Shown: positions 1 through 13,072 of the stretch, piece by piece
Layout of the letters: each line of letters begins with the position of its first letter
How positions within the stretch are numbered: position 1 is the first letter of the stretch
DNA from: Octopus vulgaris
Taxonomy: Eukaryota
Assembly: GCA_951406725.2 (NCBI GenBank)
Contig: OX597816.1
Span: 93,434,001-93,498,000, forward strand
Reading direction: 5' to 3'
DNA length: 64,000 nucleotides
Program-made: the position numbers and the translations under genes
Notes under the pieces: model-generated
Databases searched by the model: none
What the model saw: only the letters and a program-made list of their open reading frames with translations
Told to the model about the DNA's origin: nothing

Positions 1-53
1 TTTTAAATATATATCAAAAGTATTAAAAGTTTAATAAAAGACAAAGAGTAAAA

Positions 54-123
54 CACTACGATCGTTTCATGACTGTACAATTCGTAATAATTTGAGTTAT
101 GGTTACAGTCAATCTTCAGGTAA
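54..123 (-). ncRNA. Minimal type I hammerhead ribozyme motif (Penelope-type)
   Basis: Minus strand reads ttac-CTGAAGA-t-TGACTGTA-(26 nt loop)-TACAGTCA-t-GAAAC-gatc-GTA-gtg. This gives both core boxes, a perfect 8-bp stem II, a palindromic mini stem III (ACGATCGT), a GUA cleavage triplet and a short stem I. Confidence 0.75.
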
Positions 124-150
124 TTGAAATATTTATCTTAGCGAGGTTTA

Positions 151-436
<286 letters not shown>

Positions 437-438
437 TT

Positions 439-1674
439 ATCATCATCATCATCATTTAGCATCTGCTTTCCATGCTGACATGGGTTAGACAGTTTGACTG
501 GAACTGTTAAGCTGGAGATCTGCACCAGGTTCCACTCTAATTTGGCATGGTTTCTACAGCTGGATGCCCTTTCTCATGCCAACCACTCCAAGAGTGTAAC
601 GAGTGCTTTTATGTGCCACTAGCACAGATGCTGATTATGTGACACCAGCATTGGCCACGACTACAATTTCACTTGGCTTGATGAATCTTCTGAAGCACAG
701 CATATCGCCAAAAGTCTCAGTCACTTGTCATCACTTCTGTGAGGCCCAACATTCAACGATCATGCTTCACCACCTCATCTCATGTCTTTCTGAGTCTACC
801 TCTTCCACAGATTCCCTTCACAATTAGAGAGTGACATTTCTTTTCACAACTGTGCTCAACCATATGGCCATACTATGGCAGTTGTCTCTCTTGCACACCA
901 CATCTGATGCCACTTACACTCAACGTTTCTCTCAAGACGTTCACACTGTTAAACATGCACACTGACATTGCACATCCAGCAAAGCATACTAGCTTAATTT
1001 CTTTCACACCTACACATGTCTTCAGTGGTTACAGCCCCTGTTTCACAACCATGTAGCATGGCTGTTTGCACACTGGCATCATGCAATCTACCTTTCTCTC
1101 TGAAGGAGAAGCCCTTAATTACCAACAGGGGTAGGAGCTATCTGAACTTTGCCCAGCTTATTCTTATTCTAGCTGCTACGCTCTCAGTGTATCCACCTCC
1201 ACTACTGACTTGGTCACTTAGAAGCTATCAACTACTTCTAGGTATCCTGGTATTTGATGCATGTTTTTCTGTATATTTCTAGTGTTTATTATACCTGTGT
1301 ACCTGCCACACACAAAGACTATCTTCCCTGTCAATCTTCCTCTGATATTGCTGCACCTCTTGTGTATCCACAGTTTGCACTGAGTACATCTTATGAAGTT
1401 TCTACCTATTCCTTTTCTACATACTGATCAGGGCCATCTACCTCAAGGGATTTGTGATTTGTCCTCTTTCCTACTTACTAAGACTTTGGTGTTTGCTAAA
1501 TTAACTCTTGACTTTGCTTCCACACCTGAAATTTCTTCTCTAGTTCTGGTAATGATTCAGCAATAAGAACAAGGTCACCAGCATAGAAGAGCTCCCAAGG
1601 ACAGAGCAATTTAAATTCCTCTGTTATTGCCTGGAGGACTATGATGCACAAGAAGGGGCTGAGGACTGAACCCT
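439..1674 (-). mobile_element. 5'-truncated, decayed RTE-clade LINE (RT C-terminal half, 3' UTR, (GAT)n tail)
   Basis: Minus translation near 1560-1674 gives GSVLSPFLCIIVLQAITEEFK..PWELFYAGDL. Colinear with the better copy at 30626-32437. Tail at 439-455. Confidence 0.9.
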
Positions 1675-1881
1675 AACAGACTAGCTTGTTATGAAAATCT
1701 TTATAAGAGACAAAACAGTATCTATACTGAGAAGTAATGTTTATTACCATCTAAACATGGGTGTTCTCTGAGAATGGATAATATTATTTTAACCCCTGGA
1801 GGATGCCTCCTCCAGCAGATTGTTCAGTGCACTTCACACTTGATATATATTGCAAGCAGGGAGAGAACTCCCTATCATTTT

Positions 1882-2110
1882 CCTTTCTCTTTTACTTGTT
1901 TCAGTCATTCAACTACAACCATGCTGGTGCACTGCCTTGTGTATATAAATATATACATAATGAGCTTCTGTCTGTTTCTATCCAACAAATCCACTCACAA
2001 AGGTCTTCATTGTTTCAGGACTATAGTATAAGACACTTGCCCAAGGAGCCATATGGTGAGACTAAAACTGAGATGCATGTTTGGGAAGCATGCTTCTTAA
2101 TCACACAGAT
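1882..2110 (-). mobile_element. tRNA-derived SINE family A, degraded and internally deleted
   Basis: Tail tttacttgtttcagtcatt, core aaatccactcacaaagg..gacacttgcccaagg and head resemble the copy at 16327-16721. Confidence 0.75.
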
Positions 2111-2189
2111 AATCTTGTGCCTCACACACACAAATGCATATATATGTGTGTGTGTGTGTGCATGAATATGCGTATATATACATATCATA

Positions 2190-2335
2190 TATACATGCTG
2201 GCATGGGGTGGATGTTTCAATAGGATCTAATGCATCAGAGGGCAGCATCATATTACAATATTTGTTTTGCCAGTTTTTGTGGTTGCAGGCCCTTCCTAAC
2301 ACAACCACTTTACAGACTATACTTGCTGCTTTTTT
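2190..2335 (-). mobile_element. RTE LINE 3' end, degraded
   Basis: catgctggcatgggg ... gcccttcctaacacaaccact motifs shared with other 3' UTR copies. Confidence 0.55.
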
Positions 2336-2376
2336 CATCTGCGACTAAAAAAGAATAGGAAAGTGAGAAATGTCTA

Positions 2377-2713
2377 TGCAGTGCCTAAAAGTGCCATGTG
2401 GTACCTAAAAGCACCTATGTGGTACTGTATAAAAGTGCCCATGCATTTCCACATAAAATGCACCTGTGCCACATAAAAGCACCCGTGCGGTGTCACATAG
2501 AAGTGCACATGCAGTGCCACATAAAAGTGCCCGTGCGGTGTCATGCAAAAGCACCCTGCACACTTTGTAAAGTGGTTGGCATTAGGAAGGGCATCCAGCC
2601 ATAGAAGCCCTGCCAAATCAGACTGGAGTCTGATGCAGCTCCCCAGCTTGCTAGCTCTGGTCAAACCATTCAACTCATAGAAAATGAACATAAATGATGA
2701 GGATGATGGTGAT
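2377..2713 (+). mobile_element. RTE LINE 3' UTR with ~20-bp tandem expansion and (GAT)n tail
   Basis: Repeated gtgccacataaaagcaccc-like units, then gtggttggcattaggaagggcatccagc, then a gatgat tail. Confidence 0.8.
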
Positions 2714-2879
2714 ATATATATATATGTAAAGCACCAGGCTGAAATAATTAGGTGGTGGGTGGGATGATATGATCAATTGAAATCTTTGAAAACTGAGCCC
2801 CAGTGTGATTCAAGTCCAGTGATGGAAACCAGTAAAGGAATTAAAGAATGCTAACAATAATGCTACTGCAAGTTAACCA

Positions 2880-2984
2880 CTACTATTACTGCTCCTACTA
2901 TTATTACTGCTGCCACCACTGCTGCTGCTGCTACTGCTACTATTATACTACTACCACCACCACCAACACCACCACACCACCACC

Positions 2985-3051
<67 letters not shown>

Positions 3052-3062
3052 TTACAGCTGCT
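2880..3062. repeat. Compound (CTA/CCA/CTG)n microsatellite
   Basis: Direct reading of the sequence. Confidence 0.95.
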
Positions 3063-3284
3063 GCCTTACCCTCTTTTCTATATTCATACAGCTAATACTA
3101 TATCAGAAGCTCTGCCCACACTACTTATTATCCACTCTACAATCACTAACACTGCCACCACATTGATTTTACAATTTCTGTGAAAAACTACAGAATTATA
3201 TCAATTATATATCCATTACTATATTTTCAGCTGCATACCTATTACCATTACCAATTGTATATGAGCCAACAATGAAAGCTTCTG

Positions 3285-3460
3285 TAACCATATGTCTGTT
3301 GAAATGCAGTACCTTTGCTTCAATTAATTTTCAAAATAATAAAGAATTTAGTAAAAAGCTTTGTTATCATTAAGCTGGTATTTGGAATATAAATTAACAT
3401 GAAATTTTGTTTCAATCGCTTTAAAACAGTTTTAGGCAGGTTGGTTTTAAAATGGTTAAT
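3285..3460. mobile_element. Degraded copy of the TTAA-type MITE seen at 10731-10952
   Basis: Shares ttcaattaatttt..aaagaatttagtaaaa..cattaagctggt with that element. A further degraded copy lies near 13790-13950. Confidence 0.5.
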
Positions 3461-3655
3461 TTACATCTAATAGTCTTAAAAACAAGCATGTCTGTGACTA
3501 CAATGAATAATGTAGTGTTAGATATATAATACCTGAGGGAAAATACAGGATAGCCACTACTTGAATGCTTTTGATCAATGGGTCTGTAGCAGAATCTCAA
3601 ACAACAACTCAATGCCAAGGAATCAAACCTGAATCACTATGTTCACAAGTAAAAT

Positions 3656-4150
3656 TCATCATCATATTCATCACCATTATCATCGTTTAACGTCTGCTTT
3701 CCATGCAAGCATGGGTTGGACGATTTGACTGAGGACTGGCGAACCAGATGGCTGCACAAGACTCTAATCTGATCTGGCAGAGTTTCTACAGCTGGATGCC
3801 CTTCCTAATGCCAACCACTCCGAGAGTGTAGTGGGTGCTTGTATGGGCCACAGGCATGAGGGTCAGTCAGGCAGTACTGGCAACGGCCATGCTCAAATGG
3901 TGGTTTTTACGTGCCACCTGCACAGGAGCCAGTCCAGCAGCATTGGCAACGACCTCACTCAAATGATTTTTGATGTGCCACCGGCACAAGTGCCAGTAAG
4001 GTGATGCTGGTAACGATCATGCTCAAATGGTTTTTTTTATGTGCCACTGGCACAGAAACCAGTTAGCTGCTCTGGCAACGACCATGCTTGGATGGTGCTC
4101 TTAACACTCCACTAGCACAGATGTCAGTCATCGAATTCGATTTCAATTTC
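3656..4150 (-). mobile_element. RTE LINE 3' UTR with ~5 tandem 62-66 bp modules
   Basis: (CAT)n tail, ccatgcaagcatgggttgga, gctggatgcccttcctaatgccaaccactc and repeated ttttacgtgccacc modules. Confidence 0.9.
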
Positions 4151-5641
4151 AATTAAAAATAACTATATCAATAAATAGGATGCTGTCAGGATTGATGCTG
4201 TCAGCAAACAAATAGTCACTCATCTCTGGCAGAAGCAGGACGTCATTAGCAATTTTGACTTTGATTTTTGTTTGTTTTTTTAATACATCAGTTGTGCAGA
4301 GCTTGTTTATCTGTTAACTAACCATTGGCCATAGGACAATCACCATAACTGTTACCAGATGTTATGGTGCCCATCTTCAACTATGGAATATGATGACAAA
4401 AAAAAATTCAGTCCAGTCAACACTGGCTACTATCATTATTGGCACAACATCTCACACAAACTGCTGAACTAGTTTACTCGGCTTAAAATATCTTCTTTCC
4501 TGTCATTTGTTGTAAGAATACCTAATTGTGTTAACAATAAATAAATATTTTTTATTTGGAATTTCACACAGATATCTTGTTCATTTATCTCTTAACTCAA
4601 CCAAAGTATATCTTCATTACATTGATGACAACCAAATCAAAATATTCTGCCATTAGAAATGTGCTGAATAAGAACTAACCTAGGGTTAAACAACAGAACC
4701 AATTGTAAATCTACTAACATTGCTACTTTATGAATTCCATGAGCTTTAGCAATGCAGTAGGTAGCATTTTATACGATCATACAATGGTCACTATACCATA
4801 CTACCATTACAATACCATTAGTTCTATATTTGTTCTTGCTATCACACCCTCATCTTAAGTTGTATGGTAGTTCGGCTTTTAATTGAATTTTATTTTCTAT
4901 ATTCTGCATCTAGATTTACATGAACCATCCTTGACTGTATGTAATAACATTGTCAAGGATTATTCAAACAATCTCCAGTACAGCTGTGATTGTAAACAAT
5001 GCTTCTAGTGTACAGCTACTTTCCTGAAACAGGAAAATTGGTTACTTGAGATTAAGTATTATATAGAACTGAATAAATACAAACAGCTGAGGACATGATT
5101 GAATGATGATTGTAGTGGTGGTGGTGGTGGTTGTAGTGGCGGTGGTGGCAGTAGCAGCAGTGGGGAATGTGACCATTGTTGTAATCATTTTAACATAACT
5201 TTTTCCAGTGCTAGCATGGGTTTGATAATAAGTAGTATTGCAAACTACCTTTTAATTCTGTGTTGTTTTTCATTTGTCACACATCCTGATGTCTAACCTC
5301 AACACTTCTTGCAGCCTATCAGCACATGACATGTACTTGACCAATAGATATTGTCTATTGCTATGTCATATTCATGTCACTAAGGTCACCTTTCTTGCAC
5401 ACATAATCTAATGACTTTCATGGCAAACAACTCTCTCAGTTCACTTCTGTTCTACCTTTTATACAACACCTTGCATTACATATATAACAAATAATTTCTC
5501 TCAACTCCTTTCATTCCAGTTTCAGTAGATTTTCTTGATTTAATGACCAAACCTCATTACCTTCTAGCATCACTTATGTTTTATAGGGTCTGCCATTTTT
5601 CAAGGACAGAAAATTTTTGCATCTTTCAATAAATTATCTAT

Positions 5642-5851
5642 TACAAGGAGGTGCTGAAAAGTTCCTGGCTTTAAGAGTATAAGGAAAGGCCTTGTTGGAG
5701 TCCCAACCTCCTGAAGTTTTTTACAGGGCTTAGAAGGACTGCTGCAATAAGTGCGAATCTGAGAGGGGAATATGTTGAATAAAATCATGATTTACTGATC
5801 CTCCTGTATTTTCTTTTACCTAAAATCAGGAACTTTTCAGCACCCTTCATA
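5642..5851 (+). mobile_element. Non-autonomous mariner deletion derivative (MITE)
   Basis: TA-flanked TIRs ggtgctgaaaagttcctg / caggaacttttcagcacc. Internal remnant of the transposase C-terminus (NKCANLRGEYVE*). Confidence 0.85.
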
Positions 5852-7649
5852 TACTCAATGATAAATCATGATTTGGGGATAACATAGTGTACTGAATACC
5901 ACAGAAATTTAGATTTATGATGTCTCATTAAAACATGAGATGTCTGTTGTGATTCTCTTAACAAATGGGATATGGGAATGAAATACCTTTGAAATCTTTT
6001 TCTCCCAGTAGTACATCTGGAGCAAAAGGATTTAGTAAAGCTCATCTTTATCCAAGCTGTATCAGTGATACTATACCATATGCTAAAAATATTCATACCA
6101 TATGCTAAAAATGCATCTGTCACATTTACTATAGACCTACAGCTTATTCTTGTGAACCATACCATCACAAGACAGCTAGCAAATGTTCAATGAACTTGGA
6201 CATCAAGAAGGAAGTCTCTTACTAGCACCAGTGATGAATATGAACTGCAGACCTTTCAGTCAGTAAACCACTACCAAATGGTTAAAATCAGAGAGCTTAA
6301 AACTTCATATCACATCATAAAGAACTGGTAAGTTGGTGGGCTCAGCCAAAGAATTCCTACATCAAGTAAATGCATTTAAAGTTAATTGAAAACAACCCAA
6401 AGAAAAATCAACTGAAGAAATAAAATTCTTTTATAACACTTTATTAAATTTCTAGCTGTGAAGTCAATCTTCAGTGCCAAATTGCCCTAGAGTAGAAAGT
6501 TCTTAAAATAGTTCTGCTCAAATGAAAAAGAATATTTCAAAAAAAAAAAAAAAAACTGCAAAATAAAGATTAAAAATATATTATTGGTGTTATTATTGTT
6601 ATTTTAGTATGACAGCTTATCTTCAGATTTCTTGTTGTTTTATTTCTTTTTCTTTCTTTCTTCAGCAAGAAAATTAAACTAATAGTGTTTCAAAAAGATA
6701 TTTTTTCATTTATAAGAACACCAGGAAAATTTAATGAACTATTATGTATTATTTAGGAAATGAAAAATATTCAGCAACAAAAATTGGTGAAAAATAAAAG
6801 GCTGTTCCATTTTTTTTTTAAGAACTATATTCTAAAAAGTTAGCTGTAGCTCTCTAATAAATATAATAGGTCTGCAGAGAAGCACAGAATTTTAATTTTT
6901 CTATTTATTTATGTAAATAGTTATTTATTTTGTATCTTTAATATATCTTGAGAAGTGATTTGTTAGGGAAGGTTGTGTTGGACAGGAAATAAATTGAGAA
7001 ATATATAATGGGATATTAGTTTCAGTTACAATGAAGAAAGGTCAAAGTAGATGGAAAAGAAACTGGAAAGGAAAAAAAAACTATTTCATACAAGCTAAAT
7101 GGGAAAAAATATATCCACATATATAAATACATAGATCTTTCTCTAAAGATACTGTAAGCATGCTGGTTGTTACAATAAGTCTTCAACATATCTTGATTTA
7201 TATTACTATTGAAAATATGATATCACATTGATTTGGAATCTAAATTATTTTTCCCTAAATATAATAAAGCTACTTTGTTATGGCGTAGATATTTTTCTTT
7301 GCTTTCTGTCAGTGGTAATAAGGGGGAAAAATATGATTACCATACTCAAAGTTTTGACATTTGTCTACATTAATAGCAACTTTTTGCTTGAAAACTGGTG
7401 AAGTTTTACATAAAAAACAATTTTTAGATTTTATGCTAATATTTTTAGGATCCATCAGTTCTAAATGAGTGTTTACAAAACCTTCAATAAATAAAAAAAA
7501 ACAACACATTCAATAAATTGTAAAGAATTTTTTCTTTTGTCAAAATAACTAGCATTATTCATAGAAGAAAATTATTAGCTTTCTCAGAAATCGACCAGAA
7601 AGTTATTCTGTAATACACTTTGAGTAAAGCCTTAATTCAACACTAAATT

Positions 7650-7686
<37 letters not shown>

Positions 7687-8040
7687 CTGCATTTATTTTT
7701 TAATTTGTTATTATTTTTTCTTACTTTTTCCTATTTTTATTTATTTTTGTTATTTTTGCAAAACTTTATCTTTCTTGATATCAGCAACTTTCATATCAGC
7801 TTATTTAAAACTCTCACTCATTCAAATTCCTTAGACTAGTGTCTGGCGTAATCTATCACACCATACTTAAGTTGCCATTAACATGTCTAAAACAGAATGA
7901 TCAGGATGTAAGAATATCTATATATGTAACCAAAACAACTTGAAACATTTTTTTTATCAATGCAAAATGTTAAATCTTTAAAATTAAAAATGTTGCTGTT
8001 ATTTTAAACATTATAAAACAGCATCTCTGCTAAAACTTCT

Positions 8041-9112
8041 CAGCTGTCACTCTCTACAGCTGTCACTCCCTACAGGTGTCACTCCCTACAGGTGTCACTC
8101 CCTACAGCTCTCATTTCCTACAGCTCTCATTCCCTATAGCTCTCATTCCCTATAGCTCTCATTCTCTATAGTTCTCATTCCCTACAGCTCTCATTCCCTA
8201 TAGCTCTCATTCCTTATAGCTCTCATTCCCTATAGCTCTCATTCCCTACAGCTCTCATTCCCTACAGCTCTCATTCCCTATAGCTCTCATTCCCTATAGC
8301 TCTCATTCCCTATAGCTCTCATTCCCTATAGCTCTCATTCCCTACAGCTCTCATTCCCTACAGCTCTCATTCCCTATAGCTCTCATTCCCTACAGCTCTC
8401 ATTCCCTACAGCTCTCATTCCCTACAGCTCTCATTCCCTACAGCTCTCATTCCCTACAGCTATCATTCCCTATAGCTCTCATTCCCTACAGCTCTCATTT
8501 CCAACAGCTCTCATTCCCTATAGCTCTCATTCCCTACAGCTCTCATTTCCTACAGCTCTCATTCCCTATAGCTCTCATTCCCTACAGCTCTCATTTCCAA
8601 CAGCTCTCATTCCCTATAGCTCTCATTCCCTACAGCTCTCATTTCCAACAGCTCTCATTCCCTATAGCTATCATTCCCTACAGCTCTCATTTCCTACAGC
8701 TCTCATTCCCTATAGCTCTCATTCCCTATAGCTCTCATTCCCTACAGCTCTCATTTCCTACAGCTCTCATTCCCTATAGCTCTCATTCCCTACAGCTCTC
8801 ATTTCCTACAGCTCTCATTCCCTACAGCTCTCATTTCCAACAGCTCTCATTCCCTATAGCTCTCATTCCCTACAGCTCTCATTTCCTACAGCTCTCATTC
8901 CCTATAGCTCTCATTCTCTATAGCTCTCATTCCCTATAGCTCTCATTCCCTACAGCTCTCATTTCCTACAGCTCTCATTCCCTATAGCTCTCATTCCCTA
9001 CAGCTCTCATTTCCAACAGCTCTCATTCCCTATAGCTATCATTCCCTACAGCTCTCATTTCCTACAGCTCTCATTCCCTATAGCTCTCATTCCCTATAAC
9101 TCTCATTCCATA
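8041..9112. repeat. Minisatellite, 16-bp unit (C/T)AGCTCTCATTCCCTA, ~67 copies
   Basis: Direct reading. Variant units include ..TTTCCTA, ..TTTCCAA and ..CTATC.. Confidence 0.98.
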
Positions 9113-9578
9113 TGATCACCTGCTTGTCTTTTTGCTACTGTCATCAATTAACTTCGATTCTCTTTTTGTCACTTGTATCAACCTAACTTACACAATTTTT
9201 TTAGCTTTAAAGGCAACATTATAATAGCAATAATAATATTAAAAAAAGAAACGAAGGAAAAAATTATTCATATATAGCACAAAAAACAAATCAATGTACT
9301 TTCACATTTCACTATTTTATAACTTTCAATTTTACTTATAAATGCTCTTAAGTTATTCAATGTATTAAAAGTTATTTCACTAGTTATTTATTTCAATTCT
9401 ATAAATGTTTAAAAGGTATTTCACAATTTTTTCTTTTCATATTTTTCTGTTTTATAAATTTTGATCATTCTTTATAAGTTGGGGAAGGACACATTAAGGG
9501 TGTACTGTTTTATCAAGTGAGTGTTTAATATTAAATCAGAAACACTCATATGGTGAGGAGAAAACATTATTAGTACAA

Positions 9579-9835
<257 letters not shown>

Positions 9836-9985
9836 TTCATCATCATCATCATCATTTAGCATCACGTTTCCATACTTGCATGAGTTGGGCAGTTTAGCAG
9901 GAGCTGGCAAACCACAGGACTGAAGCAAGCTTTGCTGCCTGTTTTGGCATGGTTTCTATGGCTGGATACCCTTCCTAATGCCAAA
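9836..9985 (-). mobile_element. RTE LINE 3' terminus
   Basis: (CAT)n tail, then ttagcatcacgtttccat..ggtttctatggctggatacccttcctaatgcc. Confidence 0.85.
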
Positions 9986-9995
9986 TGACTAAAAT

Positions 9996-10124
9996 TGACT
10001 TCAAATTTTGGCACAAGGCCAGTATTTTCGAGGTAGAGTAAGTCAATAACATTGACCTCAGTGATTGGCAGGCACTTATTTTATGAACCGCAAAAGATGA
10101 AAGGCAGAGTTGAATTTGAACCCA
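9996..10124 (-). mobile_element. SINE family B fragment
   Basis: caaattttggcacaaggccag ... aaagatgaaaggcagagttga matches the family B 3' half. Confidence 0.65.
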
Positions 10125-10127
10125 AAT

Positions 10128-10651
10128 AAGTGTCATGCTCTAACAGTGGAGGGAAGCTATGAAAGAAGTAGACCCAGGAAGACATGAGGTGGTGAAGCAC
10201 AACCTTCGAGCATTGGACCTCACAGAGGCAATGACAAGTGACCAAGACCTTTGGAGATATGCCATGCATCAGAAGGCCTGGCAAGCCAACTGAGATCATA
10301 GTCATGGCTGATGCCAGTGTTGCATAACTGGCTCCTTTAAAAGCACCCTTCAATTGTTGGGTGATATGCTATGCTTATGAAGACCTGTTGAACCAAATGA
10401 AATCATAATCGAGACTGATGCCTGTGTCACCTGACTGGTACCCATGCTGGTGACATGTAAAAAGCACCATCAAAGCATGGCTGATGCTAGTGCTGCCTGA
10501 CTGGTACCTGTGATGGTGGCACATAAAAAGCACCATTCGAGTGAGATTGATGCCAGTGCTGCATGACTGGCTCCCATGCTGGTGGCAAGTATAAGCACCC
10601 ACTACACTCTCAGAGTGGTTAGTGTTAGGAAGCGCATCCTGCTGTAGAAAC
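10128..10651 (+). mobile_element. RTE LINE ORF2 C-terminus plus 3' UTR (3 modules), tail missing
   Basis: Homologous to the reverse complement of ~30740-31375 (gtagacccaggaagacatg = GRPRKTW-like). Modules ending in aaaaagcacc. Confidence 0.85.
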
Positions 10652-10730
10652 TGTAGTATGTTGAAAAAATAAAATTTACAAAATATGTGTTAGCTACATA
10701 GGTAAGTCTAAGAATGCTTCAGAGCCTTAA

Positions 10731-10952
10731 CCCTTTTGTTAATGTATTTCTTTTGAGATGCTCTGTATTTCTTTCAATTAATTTTGAATATAACAAAGAA
10801 TTTAGTAAAATAACTTAGTTAGCATTAAGTTGGTGTTAGGGACATAAATTGTGACTAAGGTTTGGGGGAAGATTTTAATTCAAAATTTATGAAAACAAGA
10901 CATTTGTACTACAGAGACAGGGGCAGTTTCAGCCAGGTAGGTAATGAAAGGG
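10731..10952. mobile_element. piggyBac-type MITE
   Basis: TTAA|CCCTTT ... AAAGGG|TTAA, with TTAA at 10727-10730 and 10953-10956 and imperfect ~11-bp TIRs. Confidence 0.8.
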
Positions 10953-11782
10953 TTAAAGCATTATTTGTGAGAATAAACACAAGTGGGGTCACAATGAAGG
11001 AAAAAGATTATGTGATAAAATATCTCATGGTGAAAGTTGATAGTAGTCAAGAGGAAAAGCGAGGGAAAGAATCATTCAGAACTGTGGTATGATTGCTGAG
11101 CAAGATTAGTGATAGCAAGAAAGATATTTCAGACATTTACATTCCATACAAACACAATTATCAAGATGTAATCATGTATGTGAAACCCCTAAAACTATAG
11201 GTTTGCTTTGGGCATTTCACTTTTTCTTTTTAAACTAGAGCAAAGCCTTCCAAACAAACAAGGAAAAATCAAAAATAGGACATTCCTCAAAGAAACATTC
11301 TCTAATTTCATTCTATTACTCTATATAATATGAGATAATTGCTACACTTGATATAATTAGATCTTTCTTTCATTGCTGGAATATTTAATATCAATGTAGA
11401 ATTAGTTCCAATCAGATCTATAATAGTCTTTGTCTTTATTCTTCCTCTCATTTCAGCAGTGCACCGACATGTAAATCATTACTGCAAATGATTGCCAAAC
11501 CAATTTACTCCCACAGTCATGAAGAAGAACCTACTTCACTCATTGCTTCAAATATGTTTACCTCAATGGCATTCATAAAAACCTTTATCAATTTAACAGC
11601 AACACCAGTTGTTTTCATTACCACTGGTTCAGAGACAAATATGTCTAGTGGTGACCTGTATGTGTACCATTTGCCTTCCTCAGTTCTCATCACAGCATTT
11701 GATGAACGGATTGCATTTTCTGAATTGTGATTGTTAGTAGAAGCACCAGTGTGACAGTGGTATCTGCATCAAATTGCTCTGA

Positions 11783-11882
<100 letters not shown>

Positions 11883-12877
11883 CATATGGTTCTTTTAACC
11901 TGTTTACAATTGATATCCTGCCTTATTTCACTATTCTTCAATTTTAAAAAATAAAAATTTCATTGCTTTATAGGTTGCAATTATGTAAATTTGAGATTTC
12001 ATGGGGATTGGCACCATAAAATCTAAAACTAGAATTGTATTCTCTAAGTATATATACAAGCATATATAGATTTGTGTGTGTGTGTGTATGTGTGTTCATT
12101 TCTATTTATAGTCAACTCAGTTTTAATATTCAATACAGTTTTGTTCTATCTCAATACCACATGCCATGCATGATTGATTATCTTTTGGGATTTAATCTAC
12201 TTTTCCTAAATACAAGTTAGAAGTATTAATAGGGGAATATTTCCACCAGTCCTAGATTAATATATTCAATGCCAGTTCACTGGATAGAGCAGAATATTCC
12301 AGAATGATTCACTTCAAATTGATATATAACAGCGATAATTCTTGAAGTTAAACTTATCTTGTGTTTAACATTATTGACTAGGAAAGAAATTTGCAACATA
12401 TAATTGTTGTTGTTGTTATTGTTTCTGTTGTGTATGCTAGTCAGCTCTATGGCAGAGAGCTAACCAATGAAATATCTAGAAACGAACATTAATTCAGTGC
12501 AATGTTACAGGCAAATAGCAGTTACCTAGCATATTGTTTGCAGATAAGCTTGATTGGCATTTTAACCACAAATAACTTCAATAAATGATGGGGCATCAGG
12601 ATAACCAGCTCAGGGGTCAAAACTGCATATTCCCTCTCACTCCTAATTTTTGTCTGAATTTCCAAAATTAAGAATTATCATTATTATACACCAATATATT
12701 TAAACTAGTATCTTTATCTTGATGGTTATGATCACAACAATTTGACCCTTACATCTTTTGGGCAATATTCCTAGAAATTTAGACCTAACCCTTAATTAAA
12801 TCCAGTGGGGCAGATTGTTATCATTCTATTATCCATACCAGGGGCATTCCCTTATTATTTATTTTCCTATATAAGTT

Positions 12878-13072
12878 AGTAAGCAGGCAGAATTAATAAA
12901 TAATGTGTCAGACAAAATGCTCAGTGGAATTTCTTTGGCTCTTAATGTTCTGAGCTCAACTTCTGTTGAGGTTAGCTTTAACTTATCCTTTCAAGGGTCG
13001 GTATAATTGGGTTGATATAATTGATTATCTCCTACCTCTAGAATTACTTGCCTAGTGTCAAAGTTTGAAGCC
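12878..13072 (+). mobile_element. SINE family B, old degraded copy
   Basis: aagcaggcagaatt..aaaatgctcagtgg..gttctgagctcaa..atcctttcaagggtcg. Confidence 0.6.

Noticed and set aside
4880-5025. Strong minus-strand acceptor (ttttcctgtttcag|G)
   Set aside because: All three frames stop within about 20 codons and there is no supporting partner exon.
8041-9112. Interstitial telomere or CRISPR array
   Set aside because: The unit is 16 bp with only a TAGGG sub-motif and no spacers.
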